Numbered from the stretch's first letter, positions 8,104 to 19,122 are shown. The stretch: 64,000 bases of DNA from an archaeon GW2011_AR5 (GCA_000806115.1 JWKQ01000002.1:256815-320814); one strand, 5' to 3'. Notes: generated from the letters alone by a model not told the origin. Translations and numbers: made by a program.

Positions 8104-11100
8104 ATGAACGGATTCATGAAGGGAATAATAAAGACGGGCGTGATATTCTCAGCAGTGTTTGTAGCGGCAATTGCTTTATTCTATGTTCTGCCTGTGTTTG
8201 CAGGTCCCGGAATCACGCTGACAAGGGAAAACCCTTCCCCAGCCAATAACACCAATGTCTCCACCGTAGGCCTTGCCAGAGGATACTTCTTCGTTAACAT
8301 CTCAATCAACGAGTCGCTTATATCACTGGCAAATCTGGAGGTCTACAACCTCAGCGATGCTGGCAGCCTATTCATGAACTTCACTATGACAAACAGCACT
8401 GATAACACGATTCTCAATTATACTTATTTCAATGTAACTGGCTTGTTCAACGGCACGTTCACATGGCGGGTGGTCGGCGTAAACACATCCTCACTGGGTG
8501 CCAACCAGACATTCGGCAACTTCACTGTGACGCTCGGCCAGATATACAACGCAGTCATCACAAATCCGACGAACAACACTAACACAGCAAACGACCTGAC
8601 GCCTGAAATACGTGTGAGCGCCAACAGCACATTCCTCACGAACATGTCCCTGACACTCTACACTAACAAGGCTGGAGTCATCCAGGCTGTCAGAAACCTT
8701 ACAATTTTAAACGGCACCGAAACAGCTTTCAACCTGACGCAGCTCACCGGCGGCACCTACAACATAATAGCTGAGGCCGGCAATGGCGCGGATTTCAAGG
8801 TAAATTCAACTGCTCTCACGATCGTTGTCACATACCTCGAGGCAAACGCGACTCTTGACGTTTCTAATGTGCGCGCTGGTGCAGAGCAGAATTATACTTT
8901 CACTGTAGCCAATAACGGCACAGACACAATAGACAGGATCAACATAACTTACGACGCCGGCTTCGAGGATCCTGTAGCCGGCGACATCGTATGCCCTATA
9001 ACGACAAACATTTGGAACCGTTCCGTTGATGCCACGAACAACATGGTATCGTGCATCATGCCTGACCGTGACGTTGACTCTGGCATAACCTCTGGCAACT
9101 CGAAGACAATTAAAGTGGAAAACTGGTCGGCGTCTAATGTCGCTGGCAACAAGACATTCTTGGTGGATGTCCGAGGGCTCAAGAACGGGAATTCCAGCGT
9201 AGTCGCTAACATGCCTGCTGTCGCCGTATTTGGAAACCTGACAATCACAGGCACCAGCCGCGCAGCGGCAGCCAACCAGACTGGCACGACGAACCTGACG
9301 ATGATTTCATTCAACTTCTCCGCGACAGGCGAGCAGATGAACATCACGCAGATAATACTTACGCGCAACGGCACTGTAACCGATGCGGACATAGTTGAAG
9401 TGAAGCTGTACAACAGCACGCGCGAGAATGTAGGCGCAGCTTACAATGCAACAGAGGATTTCGACATAATTGCCGTCAACTCAAGCGCGCCTTCAAACGG
9501 ACGCTACACGTTCAGCGGGCTAAATTTCCGTGTTAATTCAAGCCAGATTGTCATTGTTGTCGTGAATGTCTCCAGCAGCGCTACGGGCGGCAGGACGATG
9601 AACTTCAGCATCGAAGGAGCGGCTGATGTCACGAGCGCAGGCAACGAGTCGAAGCAGGCAATAACCGAGACATTCGCAAGCCAGCGCTCGACAAGCACCA
9701 CGCTCTATGGCACTGTTTCAGTTACAGGCGCCTCGCGCGCGCCGGCAACCTCTGCCATCGGGGCAGGCAACGTGACAGTCATATCATTCAACTTCACAAC
9801 GACAGGCGAAGCTGTCAACATCACGGGCCTGAACATAACCCTCAACGGCACCGGCCTGACTGCAGCCGATATAAAGCACATCGGCCTTTACAACAGCACA
9901 TCAGCTGACGCCGGAGTGCTGGATGGGAGCGGCGTGAATTATGACTTGATTCAGTGGAACATATCCGAGCCTGTCAAGCCGGGAGACGACACGACGCTCA
10001 GGTACAACTTCTCTAACATCGCATTCAATGTCAGTTCAGGCGCCACAAACGTATTGCTTGTAGTTGTCAATGTCTCAGGCAGCGCAACAGGAGGGCACAA
10101 ATTCAACGCCTCCATCGAGGGCGCAGGTGATATAATTTCAACAGGCGTAAGCTCAGGACAGTCTCTAGTCGAAACGCTTGCCACGATGCGATCGGATAAT
10201 TCAACAATATACGGCAATCTCTCCATAGTCGGCACGAGCCGCGTTTCATCGACGACACAGATAGGTTCGAAGAATGTGACAGTCATCTCGTTCAACTTCA
10301 CCGCAACAGGCGAGGACATGAACATAACAGGAATTAATATTACAATCAACGGCACGAACCTTGCCGTCAGCAACATCGACAGGGTTGCGCTGTACAACAG
10401 CACGCTGCCCAATGCAAATGTCTTCAACGGCACGGTGTCATACGACCTGATCGCATGGAACAACTCTGCGCCTGTGGTGACAGGGAGTTCAATGAGATAT
10501 AACTTCTCCAACCTTGGCAAGTTCAATGTTTCCAGCAGCGCAGTGAACACGCTGCTTGTAGTAATAAATCTCACTGACGAGGGCGTCGCAGGCAGGACAT
10601 TCAACGCCTCCATCGAGGGCGCAGCTGACGTGGTGACAAAAGGCGGAACATCCAATCTTGCAATAACAGAAACTATATCAGGCCAGCGCTCGACAAGCTC
10701 CACGATATATGGCAATGTCTCGGTGGTTGGGTCGAGCATCGCTCCCGCGGGTGCTGACGTGGGACAGATAGGTGTGGGCTTCCTGAAGCTGACGCTCAAC
10801 GCAACAGGCGAGGCAGTCAATATATCAAGCATCAACATAACCTCTAACAACACAAGGAACCAGGATGTGCTGAGAGTAAGACTGTTCGACGACCTGGGCG
10901 GCACGTCAACAGGAACCTACGAGCGGAATGCCGACCTTCCGGTAGCCGGAGCAACTGGCTCGTTCGGCGGCGACTCCAGCGGTTCTGTGCTGCTGACGCC
11001 GACAAACCCGATCAACATTTCTGTCAATTCACTGCATTATGTTTACGTTGTCTTCGACATCAACACCAGCGCCACAGCCGGGCTTGACAGGCTCGGTGCA

Positions 11101-14100
11101 AGCATCCAGAGTGTCACTGCAACAACTGCCCAGGGCAATGACAGCTATGTATCGGTGACGCCGCAGCTTACAACAGGCGATCCTGGCGCAGTTAATGTCG
11201 ACATCAGAAACCTGACAGGCACCGCTTCCGCCATCACAACAGGAACAGCTGTTGCACGCACGGGTGCTGGAACGCTGAACAACTTCACTGTGACAGTGAA
11301 TAACACAGCTACAGGTACCCTGAAAGATTCAATAGACGAAATTAGGATACTGTTCGGCGGCACGGGCTTTACGTTCGCAGATCAAGCGGGTAACGCAACC
11401 TGCCCGACCATAGCGTCTGTCCCGTGGAACAGGACTATAATATCTGCCAACATCATCGTCTGCAACGTAACAGATTCTGGCGGCAGACTGGCGGCAGACA
11501 CGAATACAACAATAAGCCTGGAAAACTTCACGGCATCCGGAACTGCAGGCATATATCAGCTTAATGTTTCTGTCAGGGGCGCCTTGGGCGGCGTGTTCAA
11601 CGTATCATCGAACCCGTCAATAAGTGTTTACGGAAACCTGACAGCCAAAGCTACCAACGGCGTCAACGCGACGACAGAGGTAGGCAAGAACAGGATAACA
11701 TTCTTCTACATTAACCTCTCAGCAAGCGGCGAGGCAATGAATGTCTCGGAAATACTTGTCACGTTCAATGGGACAGGGCTCGTGGCAGCTGACATCGCGT
11801 CAGTCGAGCTCTACAACAGCACTGACAAGAGCACGACTATTGTCAACGGCTCACAGACGCTCATAAGGACGAACGTCACGCCTTCGGCGCCTGACCTTAC
11901 TTACAACTTCTCGGGCCTCAACTTGTCTGTCCCGGCTGACGTTACCGGACAAATTGTGCTGGTTGTTGCGAACATATCAGGCAGCGCAACCGGCGGGCAT
12001 GTTGCGAATGCGACAGTTATCAACAATAACAACATGGTGACAATCGGCTCGCTGACAGGAATCAACGCAGCCGAGAACTTCACTACTCAGGTCAACTCGA
12101 CGAACACGACAATAATTGGCAATCTCTCCATAGTCGGCACGAGCCGCGTCTCATCGACAACGGCAATCGGCACTAACAACATCACAATAATATCGTTCAA
12201 CTTCACCGCAGCGGGCGAGGCCATGAACATCAGCGGAATAAACATAACAATAAATGGCAGCAGCATAACGGCAGCTGATATAGTCGGCGTTGCGCTGTAC
12301 AACAGCACGCTGCCCAATGCAAATGTCTTCAACGGCACGGTGTCATACGACCTGATCGCATGGAACAACTCTGCGCCTGTCAAGCCGGGCGACGACACGA
12401 CGCTCAGGTACAACTTCTCCAACCTTGGCAAGTTCAACGTGTCTGCCGGCGAGACAAATACACTGCTTGTTGTCATCAACCTGTCCAGCAGCGCAACCGG
12501 CGGGCGGGCATTCAACGCCTCCATAGAAGGCGCAGCTGACGTAGTAACGACAAGCGCCATATCAGACAAATCCATAACAGAGACGTTCGTTAGCCAGCGT
12601 TCCGCAACTTCGACAATTCTTGGCACGCTGTCGATAACAGGAACCAGCCGCGTCGCAACTTATACGCGTCTGGGCACGAACAACGTAACAATTATATCAT
12701 TCAACGTCTCCAGTTCTGGGGAAGCGATGAATATAACAGGCATCAACATAACCCTTAACGGCACACGTACTACAGCCGATATAGCCCGCGTAGGCATATA
12801 CAACAGTACTCTTCCGGACGCAGGAGTGTTCAACGGCACGGTGTCATACGACCTGATTGCCTGGAACAACTCCGAACCTGTCAATGGCAGATATAACTTC
12901 TCGAACATTGCATTCAATATAAGCTCAGGCGGCTCGAACACGCTTCTCGTTGTGGTGAATGTGTCAAGCAGCGCCATAGGCGGGCTTACATTCAACGCCT
13001 CCATAGAAGGCGCAGCTGACGTTGTAACGACAGGCGTGACATCGGGATCAACCATCGCAGAAACTGTCGCAACGCCGCGCTCCGATAGCTCCACACTCGT
13101 GTCGCTCATAGCGATTGGAACAAGCCGCGCTCCGGCTACGGCTATTGTCAACAAGACAAACATTACCTTGATATCATTCAATGTTTCCGCTCTGGGCGAA
13201 CAGATGAACATAAGCGGCATAAACATCACGATTAACGGGACGGTCAATGTGAGCGCCATAGCCAGCGTAGGCATATACAACAGCACTCTTCCGGATGCAG
13301 GAGTGTTCAACGGCACGGTGTCATACGACCTGATTGCCTGGAACAACTCCGAGCCTGTGGGTGGTGGAGGAAACACGCTCAGGTACAACTTCTCCAACCT
13401 TGGCAAGTTCAACGTTTCTGTTGGCAGCAATACCCTGCTTGTAGTTGTGAATCTCTCAGGCAACGCGGCAGGCGGCGCGACATTCAACGCCTCCATCGAG
13501 GGCGCAGCTGACATGGTAACGACCGGCGGCGTGTCTGGTTTGGACATCACCGAGACGCTTGCAACACAGCGTTCGTCAAGCACGACAATATTTGGCAATC
13601 TTTCAGTTACCGCAACGGATTCGCTGGCTTCATGGACGCGCCTCGGCTCGACTAATGTTACAGTTCTCATACTGAATTTCACCGCGACAGGCGAACAGAT
13701 GAATGTGTCCGAAATTATACTTACAAGGAACGGGACCGTTACGGATGCGAACATAATCGAAGTCAAGCTCTACAGCACGGACAGACCTGACATCGCGAAC
13801 TTCAATGGAAGCCAGACGCCTCTTGTGACTAACCTCACGCCTTCTGCCAACAGGTACAACTTCTCCAACATCAATCTGTCGGTGCCGGCTGGAGCTACGG
13901 GCAAAATAGTCCTCGTGGTTGTCAACGTGTCAGGAACGAACACGGGAGCGGGCGGAAGCACGTTCAACTTCTCAGTTGAATCTGCATCTGACATAGTGTC
14001 GAGCGGCAACACGTCATATCAATCAATAGCAGAAACCCTAACAGGCAGCATAAGGTCTAATACGTCAACACTAGTGGGCATAAATGTCACCGCCACCGCA

Positions 14101-15585
14101 CTGGCGCCATCCATTATGTCAGCAAACCAAACAGCAACTGCTATGCTCAACATAAGCGTGACGTCATCCGGTGAGTCGATGAACATAACAAGCTTCAATT
14201 TCACGCTTACAGGCAACGCGACAACTGGCAACATCAGCGACGTGCGTCTTTACAGGGACGACGCAGCGCCACTGGGCGCATTCACGGACGCGGACACATA
14301 TCTGGTAACTCGAGGCACGTTTAACGAAGCAGATATCCAGCTCAACCTTTCAGTTATCAACTACAACCTGTCAGTGCCAACGAGCGCGACAAGGTTCTTC
14401 GTGACATTCAATATATCCGGCGGCGCTCGTACATGGGCAACAGTTGGGGTGCAACTCACTCCTAGCGGCATAGCGGCTGTCGGCAATGCATCAGGCCTTG
14501 CAATATCAGTGACGGGCAATTCAGTTGCATCCACGAACTCGACGATCCAGTCCGAAGCAAACCTGATATTCGGCACCGTCACGTCGAACTATCCTTGGAT
14601 TACCAACAAGACAACTTTGGTAAACACAACTAACATTTCAATTCCGATAACGAACGGGGGTGCAGCCACGGCAACATTGACGAGCGTGCTTATAACGTTC
14701 CTCAGCGAGGCCAATGCCAACAATGCATCGTCCAATTTCACTGTGGTCCGTGCTGACACAGTTGCATCAATAGCGGGCGGTGTCACAACTACGCTGAACT
14801 TCACTGTAAACGCCACGACAGGCGCGCAGCTTGTCGGCCGCGTAAACGCTAGCGTGATGCTGAGATATAATGACAGCAATTCCGCCGCCGCAGTCACAGC
14901 CGGCCCTGTAGAGACAAACACATCAGGATTGTTCGGCGTGGACGGGACATCGCCGACAATAAGCATAGTCAACCCTGTCCTCAGCGGCAATGTCAGCGGC
15001 AATCAGGTTGACGTAAACTTCACTCTCAATGACACGGGCTCTGGAGTCAACAGAAGTGCAATAGCAATAAGCATAAACAGCGTGGCGAGGAACGCGACAT
15101 GCAACAGCAGCGGGCTCAATTTCACCTGCAATTTCACGCTTTTCAGCAGCGACAGCTTGTTTGTGTTCGGAAGCATCACCGCGCGAATAACGAATATCAC
15201 TGACAACGCGACGAACTCGGCGAGCACGGCAGAAATCAACTTCACGCTCAACAACAATGATGGTGTCGCGAATCTGACAAGGCCGATAGTAGGCGCGGAC
15301 CCGTATGCTCTTGGCTGGAATACCATCCAGATGCCGACGCAGACCATGATGGAACAGCAGGGCAGGAATGCGTCGAACACCGGTGATTTCAACTTCACGT
15401 CGCTCATGGCGAGCCTGGGCACCAGCTGGACTCACATGTATTACAATACAAACGGCACGAGCACAGGCTGGGTACTGGCAACAAGGACGGATTTCGCGGG
15501 TTCCACGCTGAAATATCTGAACAACACGAATGCCAATCCTTACTGGATAAACATGACATCGCGTGGCATGGTGTTCAAGATATAA
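8104..15585 (+). CDS. Giant secreted surface glycoprotein with ~10 beta-rich repeats (2493 aa)
   Basis: N-terminal signal/TM, very dense N-x-S/T sequons, repeated GNLSIVGTSR...ISFNFTATGE.MNIT...LYNST...YNFSNL...LVVVNVS..A.GG.TFNASIEGAADV units; C-terminal GWN...YWINM. Confidence 0.85.
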   Translation: MNGFMKGIIKTGVIFSAVFVAAIALFYVLPVFAGPGITLTRENPSPANNTNVSTVGLARGYFFVNISINESLISLANLEVYNLSDAGSLFMNFTMTNSTDNTILNYTYFNVTGLFNGTFTWRVVGVNTSSLGANQTFGNFTVTLGQIYNAVITNPTNNTNTANDLTPEIRVSANSTFLTNMSLTLYTNKAGVIQAVRNLTILNGTETAFNLTQLTGGTYNIIAEAGNGADFKVNSTALTIVVTYLEANATLDVSNVRAGAEQNYTFTVANNGTDTIDRINITYDAGFEDPVAGDIVCPITTNIWNRSVDATNNMVSCIMPDRDVDSGITSGNSKTIKVENWSASNVAGNKTFLVDVRGLKNGNSSVVANMPAVAVFGNLTITGTSRAAAANQTGTTNLTMISFNFSATGEQMNITQIILTRNGTVTDADIVEVKLYNSTRENVGAAYNATEDFDIIAVNSSAPSNGRYTFSGLNFRVNSSQIVIVVVNVSSSATGGRTMNFSIEGAADVTSAGNESKQAITETFASQRSTSTTLYGTVSVTGASRAPATSAIGAGNVTVISFNFTTTGEAVNITGLNITLNGTGLTAADIKHIGLYNSTSADAGVLDGSGVNYDLIQWNISEPVKPGDDTTLRYNFSNIAFNVSSGATNVLLVVVNVSGSATGGHKFNASIEGAGDIISTGVSSGQSLVETLATMRSDNSTIYGNLSIVGTSRVSSTTQIGSKNVTVISFNFTATGEDMNITGINITINGTNLAVSNIDRVALYNSTLPNANVFNGTVSYDLIAWNNSAPVVTGSSMRYNFSNLGKFNVSSSAVNTLLVVINLTDEGVAGRTFNASIEGAADVVTKGGTSNLAITETISGQRSTSSTIYGNVSVVGSSIAPAGADVGQIGVGFLKLTLNATGEAVNISSINITSNNTRNQDVLRVRLFDDLGGTSTGTYERNADLPVAGATGSFGGDSSGSVLLTPTNPINISVNSLHYVYVVFDINTSATAGLDRLGASIQSVTATTAQGNDSYVSVTPQLTTGDPGAVNVDIRNLTGTASAITTGTAVARTGAGTLNNFTVTVNNTATGTLKDSIDEIRILFGGTGFTFADQAGNATCPTIASVPWNRTIISANIIVCNVTDSGGRLAADTNTTISLENFTASGTAGIYQLNVSVRGALGGVFNVSSNPSISVYGNLTAKATNGVNATTEVGKNRITFFYINLSASGEAMNVSEILVTFNGTGLVAADIASVELYNSTDKSTTIVNGSQTLIRTNVTPSAPDLTYNFSGLNLSVPADVTGQIVLVVANISGSATGGHVANATVINNNNMVTIGSLTGINAAENFTTQVNSTNTTIIGNLSIVGTSRVSSTTAIGTNNITIISFNFTAAGEAMNISGINITINGSSITAADIVGVALYNSTLPNANVFNGTVSYDLIAWNNSAPVKPGDDTTLRYNFSNLGKFNVSAGETNTLLVVINLSSSATGGRAFNASIEGAADVVTTSAISDKSITETFVSQRSATSTILGTLSITGTSRVATYTRLGTNNVTIISFNVSSSGEAMNITGINITLNGTRTTADIARVGIYNSTLPDAGVFNGTVSYDLIAWNNSEPVNGRYNFSNIAFNISSGGSNTLLVVVNVSSSAIGGLTFNASIEGAADVVTTGVTSGSTIAETVATPRSDSSTLVSLIAIGTSRAPATAIVNKTNITLISFNVSALGEQMNISGINITINGTVNVSAIASVGIYNSTLPDAGVFNGTVSYDLIAWNNSEPVGGGGNTLRYNFSNLGKFNVSVGSNTLLVVVNLSGNAAGGATFNASIEGAADMVTTGGVSGLDITETLATQRSSSTTIFGNLSVTATDSLASWTRLGSTNVTVLILNFTATGEQMNVSEIILTRNGTVTDANIIEVKLYSTDRPDIANFNGSQTPLVTNLTPSANRYNFSNINLSVPAGATGKIVLVVVNVSGTNTGAGGSTFNFSVESASDIVSSGNTSYQSIAETLTGSIRSNTSTLVGINVTATALAPSIMSANQTATAMLNISVTSSGESMNITSFNFTLTGNATTGNISDVRLYRDDAAPLGAFTDADTYLVTRGTFNEADIQLNLSVINYNLSVPTSATRFFVTFNISGGARTWATVGVQLTPSGIAAVGNASGLAISVTGNSVASTNSTIQSEANLIFGTVTSNYPWITNKTTLVNTTNISIPITNGGAATATLTSVLITFLSEANANNASSNFTVVRADTVASIAGGVTTTLNFTVNATTGAQLVGRVNASVMLRYNDSNSAAAVTAGPVETNTSGLFGVDGTSPTISIVNPVLSGNVSGNQVDVNFTLNDTGSGVNRSAIAISINSVARNATCNSSGLNFTCNFTLFSSDSLFVFGSITARITNITDNATNSASTAEINFTLNNNDGVANLTRPIVGADPYALGWNTIQMPTQTMMEQQGRNASNTGDFNFTSLMASLGTSWTHMYYNTNGTSTGWVLATRTDFAGSTLKYLNNTNANPYWINMTSRGMVFKI
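9230..14560 (+). repeat. Intragenic ~160-170 aa tandem domain repeats with near-identical DNA patches
   Basis: ~90-bp near-identical blocks at ~10384/~12289 and ~12790/~13267; GGCAATCTCTCCATAGTCGGCACGAGCCGCG at 10213 and 12118. Confidence 0.85.
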
Positions 15586-15659
15586 TTTTTATTTTTATAG
15601 TTTTCATTTAATTATACTCACGGCTATAAGCAGGAAAATCCCTGTTCGGGTGTGAATTC

Positions 15660-16772
15660 ATGAACAAGATTTATGTTTCGGCTTTGATATTTGCGCTTTT
15701 TGCATCTGTATCGTTCGCAGCTTCTCCATATTTTTTCAAGGGCTATGTGCATGTTAACGGCTCGCTGGCACCAAACGGTACTATAGTGGAGATTTTTCTT
15801 AACGGAACGAATAGCGTGCTTGGATCGTCTGTAGTCGGGGAAGGCACACTTGGCGGCACGCCACAGGGATGGTACACCGTAGGTTTTGAAGGGAACTCGG
15901 AAAACATCGTTTCTTTCAGGGTAGACAATCTTACTCCCATATCCGCCAATGGCACCAATGTCACAGCTCAAACGCTTGGTTCTGGTGTAATTCATGACAA
16001 TTTCAACCTTTCAGTCAACAAATCTTCACAGGGAAGTTCATGCTTGTACGCAATAGGTTGCTCAAGCGGCTTCTGTGTTGACAGCTATTGCTGCAACTCG
16101 GCATGCGGCGGAGCCAGCGAGGACTGCAACGTGGCAGGCTCATTGGGGACATGCACATCTACTGCAAGCAGCTCCAGCAGCGGAGGAGGCGGAGGCTCGT
16201 CAACGCCTTCAACAACCGAGACGCTTACGGTAGCCAGCGTCAATGCCGGCGCAGCCGCGACGTTCACGACAACTAATGCGGCATCTCTGGGCGTGGAGAC
16301 TATACAATTTACCTCTTCTGTATCAGCTACAAATGTCCAGGTAACAGTGAAGGAGGTCAAGGAAACGGCTATAACGACGACAGGTGCCATTTCGCTTGCA
16401 TCTTCAGACGGCGCTGTTTACAAGTACCTGGAAATCACAAAAACTGGACTGCAAACTTCCCAGATGTCATCTGTTAAGGTTAATTTTAAGGTGCCCAAGA
16501 GCTGGCTTAGCTCAAACAACATAGACAAGAACACTGTAGCGCTTAACAGATACAATAACGGCTGGGCAAAGCTTGCAACAACAATCAGAAGCGAGGATGC
16601 AACGTACGTCTACTACGCGGCGGACACGCCAGGATTTTCCACTTTTGCCATAACTGGCGAGAAAGGCGCGACATTTTTCGAACTAATAAGCAAGATAGAC
16701 GATTATTACGCAGGCAGGATAACATTCTTCGCCTTGATAGACGCAATAGATTTATACTATAATTCACAATAA
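15660..16772 (+). CDS. Secreted PGF-pre-PGF domain protein with Cys-rich module
   Basis: Signal peptide, CSSGFCVDSYCCNSAC module, VYKYLEI...FKVPKSWL...YAADTPGFSTFAI. Confidence 0.85.
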   Translation: MNKIYVSALIFALFASVSFAASPYFFKGYVHVNGSLAPNGTIVEIFLNGTNSVLGSSVVGEGTLGGTPQGWYTVGFEGNSENIVSFRVDNLTPISANGTNVTAQTLGSGVIHDNFNLSVNKSSQGSSCLYAIGCSSGFCVDSYCCNSACGGASEDCNVAGSLGTCTSTASSSSSGGGGGSSTPSTTETLTVASVNAGAAATFTTTNAASLGVETIQFTSSVSATNVQVTVKEVKETAITTTGAISLASSDGAVYKYLEITKTGLQTSQMSSVKVNFKVPKSWLSSNNIDKNTVALNRYNNGWAKLATTIRSEDATYVYYAADTPGFSTFAITGEKGATFFELISKIDDYYAGRITFFALIDAIDLYYNSQ

Positions 16773-16787
16773 TTGGTTGGTAATTCA

Positions 16788-17426
16788 ATGAAAAAAATAT
16801 TATTTGCACTGGCATTTTTGCTCTTGGCAACGTCTGTCTTCGCGGCTAACGTCGACCGCAGCATGCCTGAACGCGTTGAGCCTTCGACAACCTTCACAGT
16901 GACATTTACAATTAACCCGGAGGGAACGCTTTCCGCTTTTGACTTGGCTGATTTCGTGCCCAATGGCTGGACACTTAATGACTGGTCGGTTTCCGGTTAT
17001 GCGCGCAGCGACATGGCTTATGACAGCCAGGTTCGCGAATATCAGGGCAAAACAAGGAACGGATTGCATTGGGCATTGAATAAGAGCTTCAGTGCGCCGG
17101 TTACGCTTTCTTACACGATGAACGCGCCTGCCACAGCTGGCACATATGAATTCATAGCAGTCTGGACGTACCCTGGCGGCTTCAATTCAAAAACCAGCAA
17201 CCTCAGGGTAGAGACAGCGCTGCCTTCGACGCCGACAACGCCGACAACGCCGACAACACCAACAACTCCAACAACGCCTACCACACCATCCCAACCCTCG
17301 ACTCCATCCCAGCCGACAACGCCTGCAGCCGATTATACAATCGGTCTTGTAATCCTCGTAATCATAATAATTGCAGGCGGCGCGTACATGATGCTCAGGC
17401 CCAAGGCAAAAAAGTCTCACAGCTGA
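16788..17426 (+). CDS. Secreted beta-sandwich protein with PT linker and C-terminal TM anchor
   Basis: Signal peptide, VDRSMP.RVEPSTTFTVT domain, (PTT)n linker, TM then basic tail. Confidence 0.8.
   Translation: MKKILFALAFLLLATSVFAANVDRSMPERVEPSTTFTVTFTINPEGTLSAFDLADFVPNGWTLNDWSVSGYARSDMAYDSQVREYQGKTRNGLHWALNKSFSAPVTLSYTMNAPATAGTYEFIAVWTYPGGFNSKTSNLRVETALPSTPTTPTTPTTPTTPTTPTTPSQPSTPSQPTTPAADYTIGLVILVIIIIAGGAYMMLRPKAKKSHS
17223..17325 (+). repeat. 9-bp-period tandem repeat encoding the PTT/PSQ linker
   Basis: CCGACAACG units. Confidence 0.8.
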
Positions 17427-17466
17427 TTTCTCCTAATTCTTTAACTTATTTGTTCAATTCTAGAAA

Positions 17467-18417
17467 ATGCACTGGACAAAATCCAAAGGTACAGGCGGGC
17501 GTATCGGGAGCGAAGAGGATTTCATCGTCGAAGAAATTCCTTCGAGAAAATATTTCTCAAGGTTCAGGCGCAGCGGCTCTGGCGTGAAAACCGTCGAAGG
17601 GCCCTACACTCTCGGGGTTCTGTGGAAAAAGGGTATGACTACGAGAGGGGCGCTTGATGCTGTCGGGAAGGAACTGAACCTGAAACGCGACGACATCGGC
17701 TATGCGGGGCTGAAGGACAAGTTCGCAGTCACTTCGCAGTATATCACCGTCAAGGGAAATATTTCTGAAATTTGCAAAGAAAATCTCCGGCTAAGCGTTG
17801 CAGGGCGCACGGACAGGATGATGCAGGTTGGCGATCTTGAAGGAAACCGCTTTGCAATAACTCTGCGATCGTGCAGGAGTCCGAAGAACATAACAGCTTT
17901 CGTGAAGGAAATATCTTCAAGAGGCATGCCAAACTATTTCGGGCCGCAGAGATTCGGCATGCACGGGAATAATCATATTATCGGCAAATTGCTGCTGAAT
18001 GACAGAAAAGAAGCGATGAAGCTTATAGACAGGAACGGCGGCAATACTGAAAAGCGAACGCTGAAATTTTACATTCATGCTTACCAGTCTTACCTGTTCA
18101 ACAAGCTTCTCGACAGGTATATTTCCATTCATACCAAACCGTTTTTTGGGGAATTTCCGATAGCCGGTTTTGACGCAAAGCTGAAAGACGACTTCGCAGG
18201 CAAAGAAATGAGGAAAATAATGAAGGAAGAAGCCGTAAAGACGGAGGACTTTTCTGTCAGGGAACTCAGCATCAGGTGCACAGGCTCGTCCCGCGCCGCG
18301 TTTGTCATGCCGAAAGAAATAAATTATAAGATAGACGGAAAAACAGTCGAACTCCGTTTCGTACTTCCGAAAGGCTCTTACGCGACAGTTCTTATCAGGG
18401 AAGCATCAAAAGTCTAG
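17467..18417 (+). CDS. truD: tRNA pseudouridine(13) synthase TruD
   Basis: EDFIVEE, GYAGLKDKFAVTSQ, GNRF.I.LR, PNYFGPQRFG, F.LPKGSYAT motifs. Confidence 0.93.
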   Translation: MHWTKSKGTGGRIGSEEDFIVEEIPSRKYFSRFRRSGSGVKTVEGPYTLGVLWKKGMTTRGALDAVGKELNLKRDDIGYAGLKDKFAVTSQYITVKGNISEICKENLRLSVAGRTDRMMQVGDLEGNRFAITLRSCRSPKNITAFVKEISSRGMPNYFGPQRFGMHGNNHIIGKLLLNDRKEAMKLIDRNGGNTEKRTLKFYIHAYQSYLFNKLLDRYISIHTKPFFGEFPIAGFDAKLKDDFAGKEMRKIMKEEAVKTEDFSVRELSIRCTGSSRAAFVMPKEINYKIDGKTVELRFVLPKGSYATVLIREASKV

Positions 18418-19122
18418 GTCGCTGGATTCGACTATCCTGTGCACTTTCGCGTTCCCGACATTGTAGTAGAAGCCGTCGTGTACGAAGAAGCTCATCCTTT
18501 TTTCGTCCTTCGTCATCTCCTGGATTACGTGCTGGCTGAAATCAAGTTCTGCCTGATGAACGTTCCTCAGCCTGCTGATGTAGTCAAGCACTTCCCTTTC
18601 CGCGTAGAATATCGGGCAGTTCGGGTATTTTCCCAGCACGGCAAAATCTATGAGCGGCTTCTCGTTTATTATCAGAGTTTCTCCCGCCTGCTCGAGCATC
18701 CCTTCTCCTATGTCAAAGAATCTTGCGCCACACATTGTCAAAGTGTTTTCTTTTTCTTCGTGCAGCCTCAGCATTGCAGCCAGATCGACATTTGCCACAA
18801 CATCCCCGTAATAAACGAGAAATGTTTTTCCGTCAAGGAGATGTCTCGCATTATGAACTTCACCTGCGGTGCCCGATGGTGCGTCAGCATGGGAAAACCG
18901 CACCTTCGTATTGTCCGCGAAATAATCCGTTATCTGGCTTCCGTACGTGCTGCTTGCCACGGCTATTACCGGCTCGAAGCCGTATCTCAGGAGCCTGTCG
19001 ACCGTATGCGCGATTATTGGACGTCCGTCCTTCATCGGAAGCATTACCTTCGGTTTTCCTGCAGCAGCTTCGTATCCCTGCATCCTGGTTCCATGTCCGG
19101 CTGCAAGTATCACAACTTTCAT
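18406..19122 (-). CDS. Sugar-phosphate nucleotidyltransferase (NTP_transferase)
   Basis: VILAAGHGTRM...PKVMLP, GTAG, YYGD, EKP motifs. Confidence 0.88.
   Translation of the reverse strand: MKVVILAAGHGTRMQGYEAAAGKPKVMLPMKDGRPIIAHTVDRLLRYGFEPVIAVASSTYGSQITDYFADNTKVRFSHADAPSGTAGEVHNARHLLDGKTFLVYYGDVVANVDLAAMLRLHEEKENTLTMCGARFFDIGEGMLEQAGETLIINEKPLIDFAVLGKYPNCPIFYAEREVLDYISRLRNVHQAELDFSQHVIQEMTKDEKRMSFFVHDGFYYNVGNAKVHRIVESSDLDF

Noticed and set aside
8424..15435. Many long minus-strand ORFs within the giant glycoprotein gene (likewise in the S-layer gene)
   Set aside because: Antisense shadows caused by codon bias and repeats of the plus-strand gene
17223..17325. Short tandem repeat as a non-coding array
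   Set aside because: In-frame Pro/Thr linker of a membrane-anchored protein
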